From: Mobula hypostoma
Taxonomy: Eukaryota
Direction: 5' to 3'
Assembly: GCF_963921235.1 (NCBI RefSeq)
Contig: NC_086097.1
Span: 6,882,001-6,946,000 of the forward strand
Length of the DNA stretch: 64,000 nucleotides
A model generated the notes under the pieces. That model was not told where the DNA came from, ran no database searches, and worked only from the letters and a program-made list of their open reading frames with translations. The position numbers and the translations under genes were made by a program. Every line of letters begins with the position of its first letter. The first letter of the stretch is position 1. Of this stretch, positions 38,421 through 50,937 are shown one piece after another.

Positions 38421-38804
38421 AAGGATTCATGTATAGATGGAAGACCGGTGAAATACACAGAGAAGGGTACAGCACAGAAACAGGCCATTCAGCCCACAAT
38501 GCTGTGTCAAACCAGCTAATAAACAACTCAAACACCAATCCCTCCTCCTGACACCATGTCATATCTCTCCATCTTCCTTACATCCATGTGCCTATGCAAA
38601 CATCTCTAAAAAGCCGCTAATGAATTTGCCTCTATCACCATATCAGGCAGTGCATTCCAGGCATCCACAATTCCCTGAGTAAAAAACTTACCCCTTACAT
38701 CCTCCTTAAACTTACCCCCTCACCTCCAATGCCCTCTAGAATTAGACATTTCAACCCTTGGAATCAGATACTGTCTGTCTACTCAATCTATACTTCTCAT
38801 ATAC

Positions 38805-39640
38805 CCAACGTGACTCCCTTGTCCAATCATCCCTCCCCACTGATCTCCCTTTTGGTATTTATCTCTTCAAGCAGAACAAGTGCCATCCGCACATCTCCTC
38901 CCGACAAACATTCAGGGTCCCAAGCAGTCCTTCCAGCTGAGGAGACACTTCCCCTGCGAGGCTGTTGTGGTCACCTCCTGTATCCGGTGCTCCCAATGTG
39001 GCCTTCTGTGAAGCCCGACGTAGATTGGGAGACTACTTCGCAGAAAAAAAGTGGGATCTCCCTTTGGCCACCTATTTCAATTCTACTTCCCATTCCCATT
39101 CCACCATGTTAGTCCATAGCCTCCCCTACTACCACAATGAGGGCACACTCTGGTTGGAAACGCAACACCTTATATTCCGTCTGGGTAGCCTACAATCTGA
39201 TGCCATGAACATCAATTTCTCGAACTTCGAATTGCCCCACCCACCCCCCTCTCCTTCACCATTCCCCATTCCTGTTTCCCTCTCTCACGTTATCTCCTGA
39301 CTTGCCCATCCTCTCCCTCAGGTGCTCCTCCCCCTTCTCTTTCTTCCGCGGTCTTATGTTCTCTCCAATCAGATTCTACCTTGTCTGGCCCTTTACCTCT
39401 TTCACCAGTTTCCCAGCTCTTTACTTCACTCCATCCTCCTCTCCCAGTTTCACCTATCACCTACCACCTTGTACTTCTTCCTCTCCTCCCTCTCAGCTTC
39501 CTACTCTGACTACTCATCTTCCTTTCCATTCCTGATGAAGGGTCTCAGCCGAAATCTCAACTGTTCACTCTTTTCCATCGATGATGCCTGGCAGGCTGAG
39601 TTCCTCTAGCATTTTCTGTGTGATGCTTTGGATTTGCAGA
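38805..39640 (+). mobile_element. PLE 3' portion (GIY-YIG and pseudo-LTR)
   Basis: Translates EARRRLGDYFAE and LETQHLIFRLGSLQSDAMNINFSNF. Degenerate hammerhead at about 39529-39563. Confidence 0.85.
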
Positions 39641-40409
39641 TAAGTCAGTGTGTGTCTCTGCAGCATTACCACAACCACCAGGGGATCTTTGACACAAAGA
39701 GAACTGAGAGTAAAGGGCGTGTGTAAGTAGCTGAAATCTGGCTGCTGCACACATTATTCTGCATACCCCATGCCTCCCTAATGATGTAATGTGCTCAACT
39801 CCAAGCATGCACTATCAAGATGGTACTACACACATTGGCTAATGGAAATGTGCAATTACTCTGTCACATCCTCCTACAAGCTGTTATCCATGACATCAAA
39901 GATCAATAAAATCACTTTTTATTGATTTCCACTAAATAATTCTTAGCTATTGTAACAGCAAATCTTTAAAAACAGATTTCTTGAATAAAATTCCAGACCC
40001 ATATCTTCTCTGAAATCACCTTCATCCTCCAAAAAATCAAGGTCTGTTCAAGCTCAAGTTTATTGTCATTCAACTGTCCGCGTGTATACCACCAAATAAA
40101 GTAACATTCCTCCAGCCAAGGTGCACAGTATTGTACATACTACTCATGCAACACTTGACATAATATTTTCTTCCTGCCCAGTATGCCACTGGTGTTTAGG
40201 GCAGCAATGAAGGGCACACCTCTGGCAGTGTTCAGGGCTTCCTGCATCATGTCAGTCACTTTCTTTCAGTTTTCATTAGTCAATCAGTCAAGTACTGGGG
40301 TGACACTCAGGAAAGCTGTCACACTCAGATGTAGAAGGATTCTTCATTGTTGCTTCCATAACAATTTTGTTTTGCCAGTTAAGGTTGTTAGCCTTGGTAT
40401 ATTAAACTT

Positions 40410-41720
40410 TTATGTGCATACGCAGATTAGGGATAGTCAGCATGGGCTTTGTCAACGGCAGGTTGTGCCTTACGAGCCTGATTGAATTATTTGAGGATGT
40501 AACAAAACACACTGATGAAGGTAGGGTAGTGGAAGCAGTGTATATGGATTTCAGTAAGGCATTTGATAAAGTTCCCCATGTGAGGCTCATTCAGAAAGTA
40601 AGGAGGCATGGGATCCCAGTAGACCTTGCTTTGTGGATCCAGAATTGGTTTACCCACGGAAGGCAAAGGGTGGTTGTAGATGGTTCATATTCTGCATGGA
40701 GATGGGTGACCAGTGGTGTTCTGCAGGGATCTGTTCTGGGATCCCTCCTCTTTGTGATTTTTAAAAATGACCTGGATGAAGAAGTAGAAAGGTGGGTGAG
40801 TAAGTTTTCTGATGACACAAAGGTTGGGGGTGTTGTGGATAGTGTGGAGGGCTGTCAGAGGATATAGTGGAACTTTGATAGGATGCAGAACTGGACTGAG
40901 AAGTGGCAGATGGACTTCAGCCCAGATAAGTGTGAAGTGTTTCATTTTGGTAGGTCCAATTTGAAGACAGAATATAATATAAATGGTAAGACTCTTGGCA
41001 GTGTCGAGAATATGAAAGATCTTGTGGTACGTGTCCATAGGACACTCAGAGCTGCTGTGCAGGTTGACAGTGTTAAGAAAGTGTATGGTGTGTTGGTATT
41101 CATCAACCACGGGAATGAGTTCAAGAACCGTGAGGTAATATTAAAGCTATATTAGACCTTGGTCAGGCCCCACTTGGAGTACTGTGCTCAGTTCTGGTCA
41201 CCTCATTACAGGAAGGATGTGGATACTATAGAGAGAGTGCAGTGGAGATTTACAAGGACGTTGCCTGGATTGGCGGGTGAACCTTACAGGAATAGGTTGG
41301 GTGAACTTGGCCTTTTCTCCTTGGAGTGATAAAAGATGAGAGGTGACCTGATAGAGGTGTATAAGATGATGAGGGTCATTGATCAGGTGGATAGCCAGGG
41401 GCTTTTTCCCAGGGCCAAAATGGCTAATGCGAGGGGCATAGTTTTAAGGTGCTTAGAAGTAGGTACAGGGGGAATATCAGGGGTAAGTTTTCACACACAG
41501 AGTGGTGGGTGCATGGAATGCCCTGCCAGTTGCGGTAGTGGAATGGATACAGTAGGGTCTTTTAAGAGCCTCTCAGATAGGTACATAGACCTTAGAAGAA
41601 AAGAGGGCTATGCACTAGTGAAATTCTAGGCAGTCTCTAGAGTAGTTTACATGGTCGGCACAAATTTATGGGCCGAAGGGCCTGTAATATGCTGTAAATT
41701 TCTATATTCTATGTTTTATT
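40410..41720 (+). mobile_element. CR1 LINE, 5'-truncated, decayed
   Basis: ORF 40412..40867 (DFSKAFDKVPH, KFSDD), plus 40883..41155 and 41336..41629. Confidence 0.93.
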
Positions 41721-42189
41721 TAATATAGCCATTGGCAATAATAGTGAGCAGTTACTTGTATAGAAGTAATTATATAAAATACAAGTAGATAATTAATTGT
41801 TAAACTGTAAAAAATGACAATTAAACAGTCTAATCTGAGAATTAAGCAATCGAATCCGAAGCATTATTCGACACATTTACCCAGCAGTTGCATTCAAACA
41901 CACTCTCACGAGCACTTCACACAAAATGCTGGAAACTCTCAGCAAGCCAGGCAGCATCTAGGAAAAGAGTACAGTTGACGTTTTGGGCCAAAATCATTCG
42001 GCAGGACTTGCTCTTTTGGATCACCAATGCATATTTGGGGATCAAAGGGCTGCCTGTATCAGGAGCCTTGTGTTGGATTTGCAAATGATGTGGCTTCCCC
42101 AAAGGAGTCAATGCTACTGTGACACTGTAATTTCCTTTGGGATCCATGAAGTATTTATCTATCTATCTATCTATCTATCTACTTATCTT

Positions 42190-42895
42190 CTTACTCTTGA
42201 TGTAAGTATAGAATGCCTTTGGATTCACCTTCATCCTACTTGCCAAGGACATTTTATGATCCCCTCCTGGCTTTCCTAATTCCCTTCTTTAGTTCTTTTC
42301 TGGCTTCTTTATACTCCTCATGTGCTTCATTTGATCCTAACTTCCATGTCTTTACATACTTTTCCTTTCTCTTCTTGATTAAATTGTCACCTGTCTGGAC
42401 ATCCAAGGTTATCTTATCTTTCCATCCCTGTCCTTCCTTCTAACAGGAACATACTTTTTCTGTACTCTGTGCAATTGATCTTTGAATACCTTCCACCTGA
42501 TTGATGTGGACTTGCCAGGGAAAATGTGTTCACAATTATCGCTTCTTAGTCCCTGCATAATGGCTTCAATTTGCCCCGCTCCAATTTAAAACTCTCCAAC
42601 GAAGACCATACCTATCCTTATCTATAGCTATCCTGAAAGTGAAGGAGTTGAGGTCACTGGTCACTGAAAGGTTAGTCACCTGGCCAGGCTCGTTACCCAA
42701 CACCAGGTCCAGTACGGTTGCTCTTCTTGTTGGACCATCCACATATTGATTTCAGAAACTTTCCTGAATACACTTAACAAATTCAGCCCCATCTAAACCT
42801 CTTACACTAAGAAGGTTTTCCAGTTTATATTAGAGAAGTTGACAACAACTCTGTTATTCTTACCGATCTCCTTAATCTGATTACATATCTATTCT
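42190..42895 (-). mobile_element. Old CR1 internal fragment (EN-RT linker)
   Basis: Degenerate similarity to the linker regions of other CR1 copies (ccaggctcgttacccaacaccaggtccagt). Confidence 0.6.
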
Positions 42896-43759
42896 TCAAT
42901 GAGCAAGGTTTATTACTTGGGAATGGCAAGTTGACATTACCAGTTGTATATCATCTTTGAATGTTCAAATAGTGGAGACGAGGGTCTCAAACCACTGATC
43001 AATAAAGATGACAAAAATGGTTTAAACTTTGAAGAAGTGTGTTTGAAATTTGAACAATACATTTCCAGCTGGGAAGATATCAGAAATGCTGTATTACTGA
43101 GCTGACAATTTCCCACTTGTTTGTGGAATATATTAATCCTTACCTATATGAAGTTTATATCACTGGCTTTAAAAACATTGTTTGATAACCGAAATATTAT
43201 ATAGTACAATAGATTGATGAGATAGCAAATAAATCTGTTGAATGCATTATAAAGTTGTTGCTTATTTGAGCAAAGAAAATTGAAATAGAAATTTCTATAA
43301 TCAAGGGATATGAATAAATTTATGGTTCAATTTTAAACACACTTTAGCTGCCAGTTTGATTTGAAGAATGAAAGGTGTGTGGGAGTATATTGTGTTTCAA
43401 GGGAAATGTGTGAGTTTGTAATGGTGAGGAAGAGTCTTATATGTACAATTACACTTGAAATGAAACACTGTGGGTATCCTGGAACATCTGCACATCTTTA
43501 CACAGTACCGAAATAATAGCTGGGTTGGATGACTTATCAAAACTCCGAGGCTGTTGATTTTATTTGGTGGATCTTTGCAAGCAATACAACTCCATCTTCA
43601 GGATTTACATCAGCAGATATAACTTTGTAAAATGTGTAACAGAAAACTGGGAAATTATTTGCCTTAATTTCTATCTGCTTTAACTTTAAAATCTACTCCA
43701 TTGTATTTAAAGCTTCATATTATAGGTCAGCAGAATATAATGTATAAAACAGAGTAGGA

Positions 43760-44232
43760 GAGATGTCTAGGCTTTGGAGAGGGTGAAGAAGAGGTTTTCC
43801 AGGATGCTGCCTGGATTAGAGGGCATGTGCTGTAACAAGAAGTTGTACAAACTTGGGTTGTTTTCTCTGGAGTGGCAGTGGCTGAGGGGAGATCCGCTAG
43901 AGGTTTATAAGATTATGAGAGGCAGATGTTGAGTAGACAGAGAGTACCTGTTTCCTAGAGTTGAAATGTTTAATAGCAGAGGGCATGTATTTAAGATGAG
44001 AGGGGCAAGTTTTTTCAGACAGTGATGGATGCCTAGGGTGGTGGTAGAGGCAGATATATTAGAGACTTTTAAGAGACGTTTTGATAGACACATGAATGTG
44101 ATAAAAATGGAATGATATGGACATTGTGCAGGCAGGAGAGATTAGTTTAGTTAGTGATTTGATTACTAAATTAATTGGTTCAGAACAACATTGTAGGTTG
44201 AAGGGTCTGTCCCTGTGCTGTAGTGTTCTGTA
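43760..44232 (+). mobile_element. CR1 3' fragment between ~90-bp direct repeats
   Basis: ttggagagggtgaagaagaggttttccaggatgctgcc...ctgtgctgtagtgttctg. Repeats at 43641-43730 and 44274-44363. Confidence 0.8.
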
Positions 44233-44459
44233 CATGGGGAGATTTGACTTTGTGACAGGGCAAAACGGATAATAGAAAACTGGGAAATTATTTGTCTTAA
44301 TTTCTATCTGCTTTAAATTTAAAATCTACTCCACTGTATTTAAAGCTTCATCTTATAGATCAGAAGCAATGTTAGAATGCATGAGACAGAACAACAGCTC
44401 AATATAAAGGTTGTAATTTATGACTGGGGAATTAGCATTCTTCAAGCATGTACTGAATC

Positions 44460-44768
44460 TGTCAGGAAACATAGAGGAGGTTTGACTCAAAATCCGAGCA
44501 GTGGAGATAATTTAGCAGTAAACAATATTTTATAATAAACTGCAAAATAACAAGACACGAGGGGTCACAAAACAAAACAGGACAGATACTTAAAATGACA
44601 AGGCAACAAGGTAACTGAAGGCTTGGAGCAACTGGTTGAGGCTGGCTGGTTCAACGGGTGAGTAAAGGAGCTGGGTTTAAATAGGCTGCAGGTGATGAGT
44701 TGGAAATGAGTAGCAGATGGCTCCTGTTAGCTGAGTGGAGACTGGGAGGTGCCTGCGTGTGCCTGTCA
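44460..44768 (-). mobile_element. Probable solo LTR of a third family
   Basis: Ends tgtcagg...cctgtca, TATA-like ctatttaaa on the - strand. No clear TSD. Confidence 0.45.
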
Positions 44769-46699
44769 TCAAAGGATCGAATACTATAAGCAGAATTTCC
44801 TCAGTTTTTTTCTCTCAGTAATATTTCAAGGATACAAAAGAGATGCTTCCACTCCAGTTTAGAAGTGCTTCTGGAAATCAGTGCATGTGGGTTAGAGTGT
44901 AAGAGAGGGCACTTGTTCTTCCACTTATAAAAATGGTCTTATGATTCTCAGTTTCATCCCAACTGCTTCTTCTCTATATTGAGTGATTGTGGACCAGGGA
45001 TTCTAAGAAGCTAGCAGAGATGTTGCATTTTTTAATGTGACTACAAGAGCATACCCGGATTTCCCAATATTCAACCCCACGTTCTGCTGCTGTAATGTCA
45101 CGTCCGACCTTGGCACTTAAGCCGCAATAGAAGGGCACTACTTGTATCCCATCTGAGGTCAAGCTCCATGTCACTGGAAAATGAGTTGCAGAACTGACCT
45201 TACACTAAATATTTGCAAAGCAGAAGTTCTCCACCAAAATGCTGCTGCTCTAAAACATATTTATTTAGGGACACAACATAGCAACAGGCCCTTCTGGCCC
45301 AGTGAGCCCATGCTGCCCTGTTACACCCATGTGACCAATTCACCTATACATCATTGGAACCTGGCAGGAAAACCCAGAGTGAACCCATGTGGTCACAGGG
45401 AGAATGTACAAGCTGCTTACAGACAGGGGCGAGAATTGAACCCCTGATGCTGGCACTGTAAAGCGATACACTAACCACTATGCTACCATGCCACACTCCC
45501 ATCTGATGATAAAGTTCCACAACAGGATTCTGAAAATATGAACCATCTCCAATATCTCAGAAGATATTATCGAGTGAATGCCCAGACAACTGGATTTAAG
45601 AACAGCTTCTTCAACACTGCTGATCCAATTATTCTTTCCATATCCCTTTCCCAGTTATGCTGCCACATTCTTGCAGCCACTCAGGAAGGAGAAGTCGGAG
45701 GCAGTTTGGAGAGAGCAGAGGCAAGGCAGGCACCCCGGAATCCATACTGGGTTGGGGTCTGGCCCATCCCCTTGGTACTACACTCTAGTGTTCGCTCAGT
45801 GGAAGTCAACCTGGATTGTGTTCATCTGCAGCTGCACTAGCGCATGATAAGGAACTGCTGTGCACCTGTTCTTGTAGAAACTTAGCTCCAGGACAACATC
45901 CCATACACCATTAATCTTCAGGCTGTGACACTCAGGCTCTCTTTTTTCTTTATTGTAACTGTATGTTTATTGATATCATAATTATATGCACTATGTATTT
46001 CTTGTGCTCTGTGTGAAAGTTGACACTGTGTTTTGCACCTTAACCCTAGAGAATGCTATTTCATTTAGCTGTATTCATGTTGAATGACAATTAAACTTGA
46101 ACTAGATTCTTGGGCTCTTAACTCTACCTCCATTATTAATGCTATTATTGTCACTTTAGTATTTCATTTTGCATTACTTCAGAATGCCCTTCAATCTTTG
46201 TACATGATATAATTGAGCACTTATTGTTGAATGGGAACCAGCTCTCATGTTCCCAACTTAAAAGCAATGTCTTGACTCTCAGGAGAAGAAATCTGCAACA
46301 TTATATGTCCTCATCCCTAAATGCAATTATAAAACCTCCACCTGCAACTGATAAACAATAATGCACATTAGACGTGGTCCCATTCCAGCATGACTGACTT
46401 AACTTCAAACTCAACCATGCTGACTGAAATTCCCGGCTGGGCTGATCCCATTTGTCTGCTTTTGATCCACGTTCCTCTGGATCTGTTCTAAGCATGCACC
46501 TAACAAGGTGGACGAGTTTGAATTGTTTTTTTCTGAAGTGTCAGAGGCTGGGGGATAATATGAAATTATGACAGGCATCAATAGGATAGATTGAGTCTTT
46601 TGTTCCAAGTGTAGAAATGTTAAATCACAGTCAGTTTTATTGTCACTGGCATATATCATGAAACTTGTTGTTTTGTTGCAGCAGTACAAAGCAAGACAT

Positions 46700-46988
46700 G
46701 GGACAGCACTGTACGGTAGTGGTTAACACAATGCTTTACATTACTAGCGACCCAGGTTCAATTCCCACTGCTGTCTGTAAGGACCCTGTAAGGAGTTCTG
46801 TACATTCTCTCCATGACTACATGGGTTTACTTTTGCATGCTCTAGTATCCACCCACAGTCCAAAGACCTGCCATTTGGTAGTTTAATTGTTCATTGTAAA
46901 TTGTCCTGTAGTTAGGCTAGTGTTAATAGATGGGTTGCTGTGTGGTGTTGTTCATTGGGCTGGAAGGGCCTGTTCTACGCTATATCTC
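46700..46988 (+). mobile_element. tRNA-derived V-SINE (HE1-like)
   Basis: A-box-like ggtagtggtt, B-box ggttcaattcc, V-domain-like cccacagtccaaagac...aaattgtcc, CR1-like tail. - strand copies at about 20560-20780, 35900-36495, 45260-45495, 50665-50895, 58870-59065 and 62555-62810. Confidence 0.8.
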
Positions 46989-47569
46989 CAGCAACTAACT
47001 TCAGCAACCAATCTTTAAGACCTGAACATGGACAGTAGATTAAATTTAAAATGCAGCTCTGGACAATAGGTTTCCAGCTGTGAACAGCAGCTAATACAAA
47101 AGCCAGACAATGCTGATTAACATTGATTTTGGGTGTCTGAAGTGTGGGTGGAAGAAGGAGGTGTGAAAGTTATGGTATATGTAATTCAAAGGAAGCATTG
47201 TAGATAAGTTGTAAATAATTGTCCTTTGATCGTTAGCATATAAAATGTCATGTAATATTGGGTAGAATCGGCCTCTTCCTTCAGCTAAATGGCCTACATC
47301 CACTCCTACATCTTATGGTATGTAACATTATTGAGAGCCTGGTTTGGACCATTAAAGTATGTTGTAATGTTCTAACCAGAAAAGGTAGAAAAATCAGAGA
47401 CAAAAACTGAGTTATTTGGTTTTCAACAGATCTCTGGCTTTCACTTTTGTGGATGAGATATTTTGACTGTTTTTTCCTCCTCTCTGTCATAGTTTCTCAT
47501 GGAAATTGTACAATAACTCTCCTCCTTGCTTGAAAGGCTGCTGGTTCTCAATTTGCACAAGCTGTTACC

Positions 47570-48516
47570 AGGTGGAAAGAGAACAATACCTATTTCCCTA
47601 ATGAGCCTCTGCATCCAGCACATCATTCTTCACCACTTCCACAGGATCCAACCAGCAAATTCACTTTTTCCTTTCCCCCCACTTTCTGCTTTCCACATGT
47701 TTCTCTTGTCCATTCTTCCCTCCCGCTCCCAGCACTTATCCTTGCAAGATCAAGCAGTGCTACACCTTCCCATTTACCTTCTCCCTCATCTTCATGCAGG
47801 GTGTTAAACTGTACTTCCAGCTGAGGCAATACTTCACCTTTGAAGCTGTTGGGATCATCGACTCTATCCGGCGAGGCTTCTTCTATAACAGAGGGACTCA
47901 ACGTTGATTGGGGAACCACTTTGTGGAGCACTTTATTGATCCACAGCAAGCAGGACTTCCTGTTGGCTAAGCATTTTATTTCCAGTCCCTGTTCCCATCC
48001 CAACATGTTGGTCCACGGCCTCCTTTACTGCAACAAGAGGCCACTCGCAGGTTGGAGGATCAACACCTCATATTCTGTCTGGATAGACTCCAACCTGATG
48101 GCATAAACATCAATTTCTCCATTTTCTAGTAATTGTTCCCCCTCCCTCTTCCCTCGTTTTCCATGCCCCACTTCAGCTCACCTTCTACCTCTTCTCCTCA
48201 CCTGGCTATCTCCTCTCCCTGGTGCCCATCTTCCTTTTCTTTCTCTCATGGTCCTCTCTCCTCTCCTATCAGATTCCTTATTCTTTAGCCCTTTTCCACC
48301 AGTCACCTCACAGCTTTTCACTTCATCCCTCCTCCCCCACCCACGTGACATCACGTTCTAGCTGGTAATCCTTCCCCTCCCCCCACGTTTCTATTCTAGC
48401 CTCTTCACCCTTTCTTTCCTCTCTTCATAAAGGGTCTCAGCCTGAAATGTCGACTGTTTATTCCCCTCCATAAATACTGCCTGAACTGCTGAGATCCCCC
48501 AGCATTTTGTGTGTGT
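47570..48516 (+). mobile_element. PLE 3' portion (GIY-YIG and pseudo-LTR), decayed
   Basis: Translates SLCIQHIILHHFH...FPFPPLSAF. caacacctcatattctgtctgg. Degenerate hammerhead at about 48421-48456. Confidence 0.8.
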
Positions 48517-49380
48517 TACACCTAACCCCACGAGGCACACGAGGATAACATTCTTCAGTGAACACACATGCATGCTAGGCTCAAATCAAGAAAAACAGAC
48601 AGGTAAACTCAGATCGGTAAACTCAGACAGCAATAAAATAATTTGTGTACAGTAAATTCAGTAGAAAGGTTAAGCAATAAGCTTAAGTGAGAGTTGCACA
48701 CCCAAATGAATCCAAACCAGAATTTGTTTGCATGATTTGTTATTTTTTTTCTGTACATTAGGCATTTGAAGATCTTTTTTTAATGCGTGACATTGGGTTT
48801 CTCTGATTTGTGACTGAATGTAAGGAGACAAAACTCAAGTTTGTATGTAGAATACATACTTTGATGACAAACCTACTTTGACTTAGAATCAGGTTAATAT
48901 CACTGGTATACAGCATGAAATTTGTTGTTTTACTCAGCAGTACAATGCAATACATAATAAAAAAAACTAGAAATTACAAGAAATATATATATAAAATTAA
49001 GTTAAATAAATAGTGCAAAAAGAGAGCAAAAAACTAGTGATGCAGTGTACATGAGTTCACTGTCCATTCAGAAATCTGATGGAGGGAAAAAAGCTGATGT
49101 TAAAATATTGAGTGTGTGTCTTCAGGCTACTGTATCACCTCAGAATCAGAAGAATGCAAATCTCACATGTTTGATATTCATTTATGAGATTCCTGAGTTC
49201 TGGTGAGTTCAGAGAGACTTGATACATATGGTAGGTACCAAGAAAGTCATTAAATTTGATATTTGCTGTTCCCAACATTTAGTCCACAGACCCCAGGTTG
49301 GGAACCTCTGATTTAAACTAACATACATCAAAGTTGCTGGTGAACGCAGCAGGCCAGGCAGCATCTATAGGACGAGGCGC

Positions 49381-49416
49381 AGTCGACGTTTCAGGCCGAG
49401 ACCCTTCGTCAGGACT
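49381..49416 (-). ncRNA. Minimal hammerhead ribozyme motif, intact core
   Basis: The - strand reads AGTC CTGACGA AGG gtctcgg CCT GAA ACGT C GACT. Confidence 0.8.
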
Positions 49417-49987
49417 AACTGAAGGAAGAGTGAGTAAGGGATTTGAAAGCTGGAGGGGGAGGGGGAGATGCAAAATGATAGGAGAAGACAGGAGGGGGAG
49501 GGATGGAGCCGAGAGCTGGACAGGTGATAGGCAGAAGGGGATACGAGAGGATCATGGGACAGGAGGTCCGGGAAGAAAGACGGGGGGGGTGACCCAGAGG
49601 ATGGGCAAGAGGTATATTCAGAGGGACAGAGGGAGAAAAAGGAGAGTGAGAGAAAGAATGTGTGCATTAAAGAGAGTAACAGATGGGGTACGAGGGGGAG
49701 GTGGGGCCTAGCGGAAGTTAGAGAAGTCAATGTTCATGCCATCAGGTTGGAGGCTACCCAGACGGAATATAAGGTGTTGTTCCTCCAACCTGAGTGTGGC
49801 ATCATCTTCACCCCCCCCCCCCGTCTTTCTTCCCGGACCTCCTGTCCCATGATCCTCTCGTATCCCCTTCTGCCTATCACCTGTCCAGCTCTCGGCTCCA
49901 TCCCTCCCCCTCCTGTCTTCTCCTATCATTTTGCATCTCCCCCTCCCCCTCCAGCTTTCAAATCCCTTACTCACTCTTCCTTCAGTT

Positions 49988-50023
49988 AGTCCTGACGAAG
50001 GGTCTCGGCCTGAAACGTCGACT
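49988..50023 (+). ncRNA. Minimal hammerhead ribozyme motif, intact core; predicted cleavage after C50019
   Basis: Stem I AGTC/GACT, core CTGACGA, stem II AGG/CCT, GAA, palindromic stem III ACGT, GUC cleavage triplet. Confidence 0.82.
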
Positions 50024-50937
50024 GTACCTCTTCCTATAGATGCTGCCTAGCCTGCTGCGTTCACCAGCAACTTTGATGTATGTTGCTTGAATTTCCAGCA
50101 TCTGCAGAATTCCTGTTGTTTCTGATTTAAACTATTCAATTTCATATAGTTTCAGTTGTTCGCAAAAAATGTACACTATGAAAGGCATCCCAGTCTACAC
50201 CTGACTTTATTGATGTACAGACAATATATCCTTCAGTTGTGCTACAGTGACTGTGTATCATTCGTTCCTCTTGCAACACTTGGACATTAGGCCTGAACAA
50301 TGAATTGTCTGGGATGGAGAAGCCACTTCAGAGGATCAGAAAAAGCAGCAGAAAGTTACTAACTCAGACAGCTCCGTCATGGGCACTACTTTCTCCAGCA
50401 ATGAGGACATACTCAAAAGTCAAATCCCAAAAAATATGGCATCCACCACCCAGGACATGCCCTCTTAAGAAATATAAGACATATCAGCAAAATTTGGCTT
50501 TTCGGCCTATTGAGTCTGCTCTGCCATTTCGTCACAGCTGATCCAATTCCCTCTCAACTTCATTCTCCTGCCTTCTCCCCATAGACTCTTCTTATCACTA
50601 CCATCAAGGAAGAGGTACAAGAGCCTGAAGACTCAGACTCAGTGTTTCAGGATCAGCTTTTGAATCAGATTTATTTATTGAGATACAGAGTGGCCAACAA
50701 TCCTGATTTAATCCTAGCCTAATTATCAAACAATTTATGATAATAGTTAACCTACCAAATGGTACGTCTTTGGACTGTGGGAAGAAACCAGAACACTCAG
50801 AGGAAACCCATGCAGTCACAAACTCCTTACACGCAGCAGTGGGAATTGAACTCGGCTTGCTGGCAATGTGCTAACCACTATGCTGCCATGCCACGCCTAT
50901 TTCTGAACGGTCAATGAATCCATGTACACTACCTCAC

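Larger units (their letters stand above)
49321..50120. mobile_element. Young palindromic PLE insertion with a 14-bp TSD
   Basis: TSD tctgatttaaacta at 49307-49320 and 50121-50134. Inverted arms 49321-49589 and 49814-50083 differ at about 4 positions. The spacer carries the GIY-YIG C-terminus (LEEQHLIFRLGSLQPDGMNIDFSNFR). Confidence 0.95.

Noticed and set aside
42971..43105. Short open frame GDEGLKPLINKDDKNGLNFEEVCLKFEQYISS
   Set aside because: Only faintly reminiscent of Gypsy gag. Too short and unsupported to call as a gene or an element.
46700..46775. tRNA gene
   Set aside because: It is a degenerate tRNA-derived SINE head continuing into the V-domain and tail, with no full cloverleaf.
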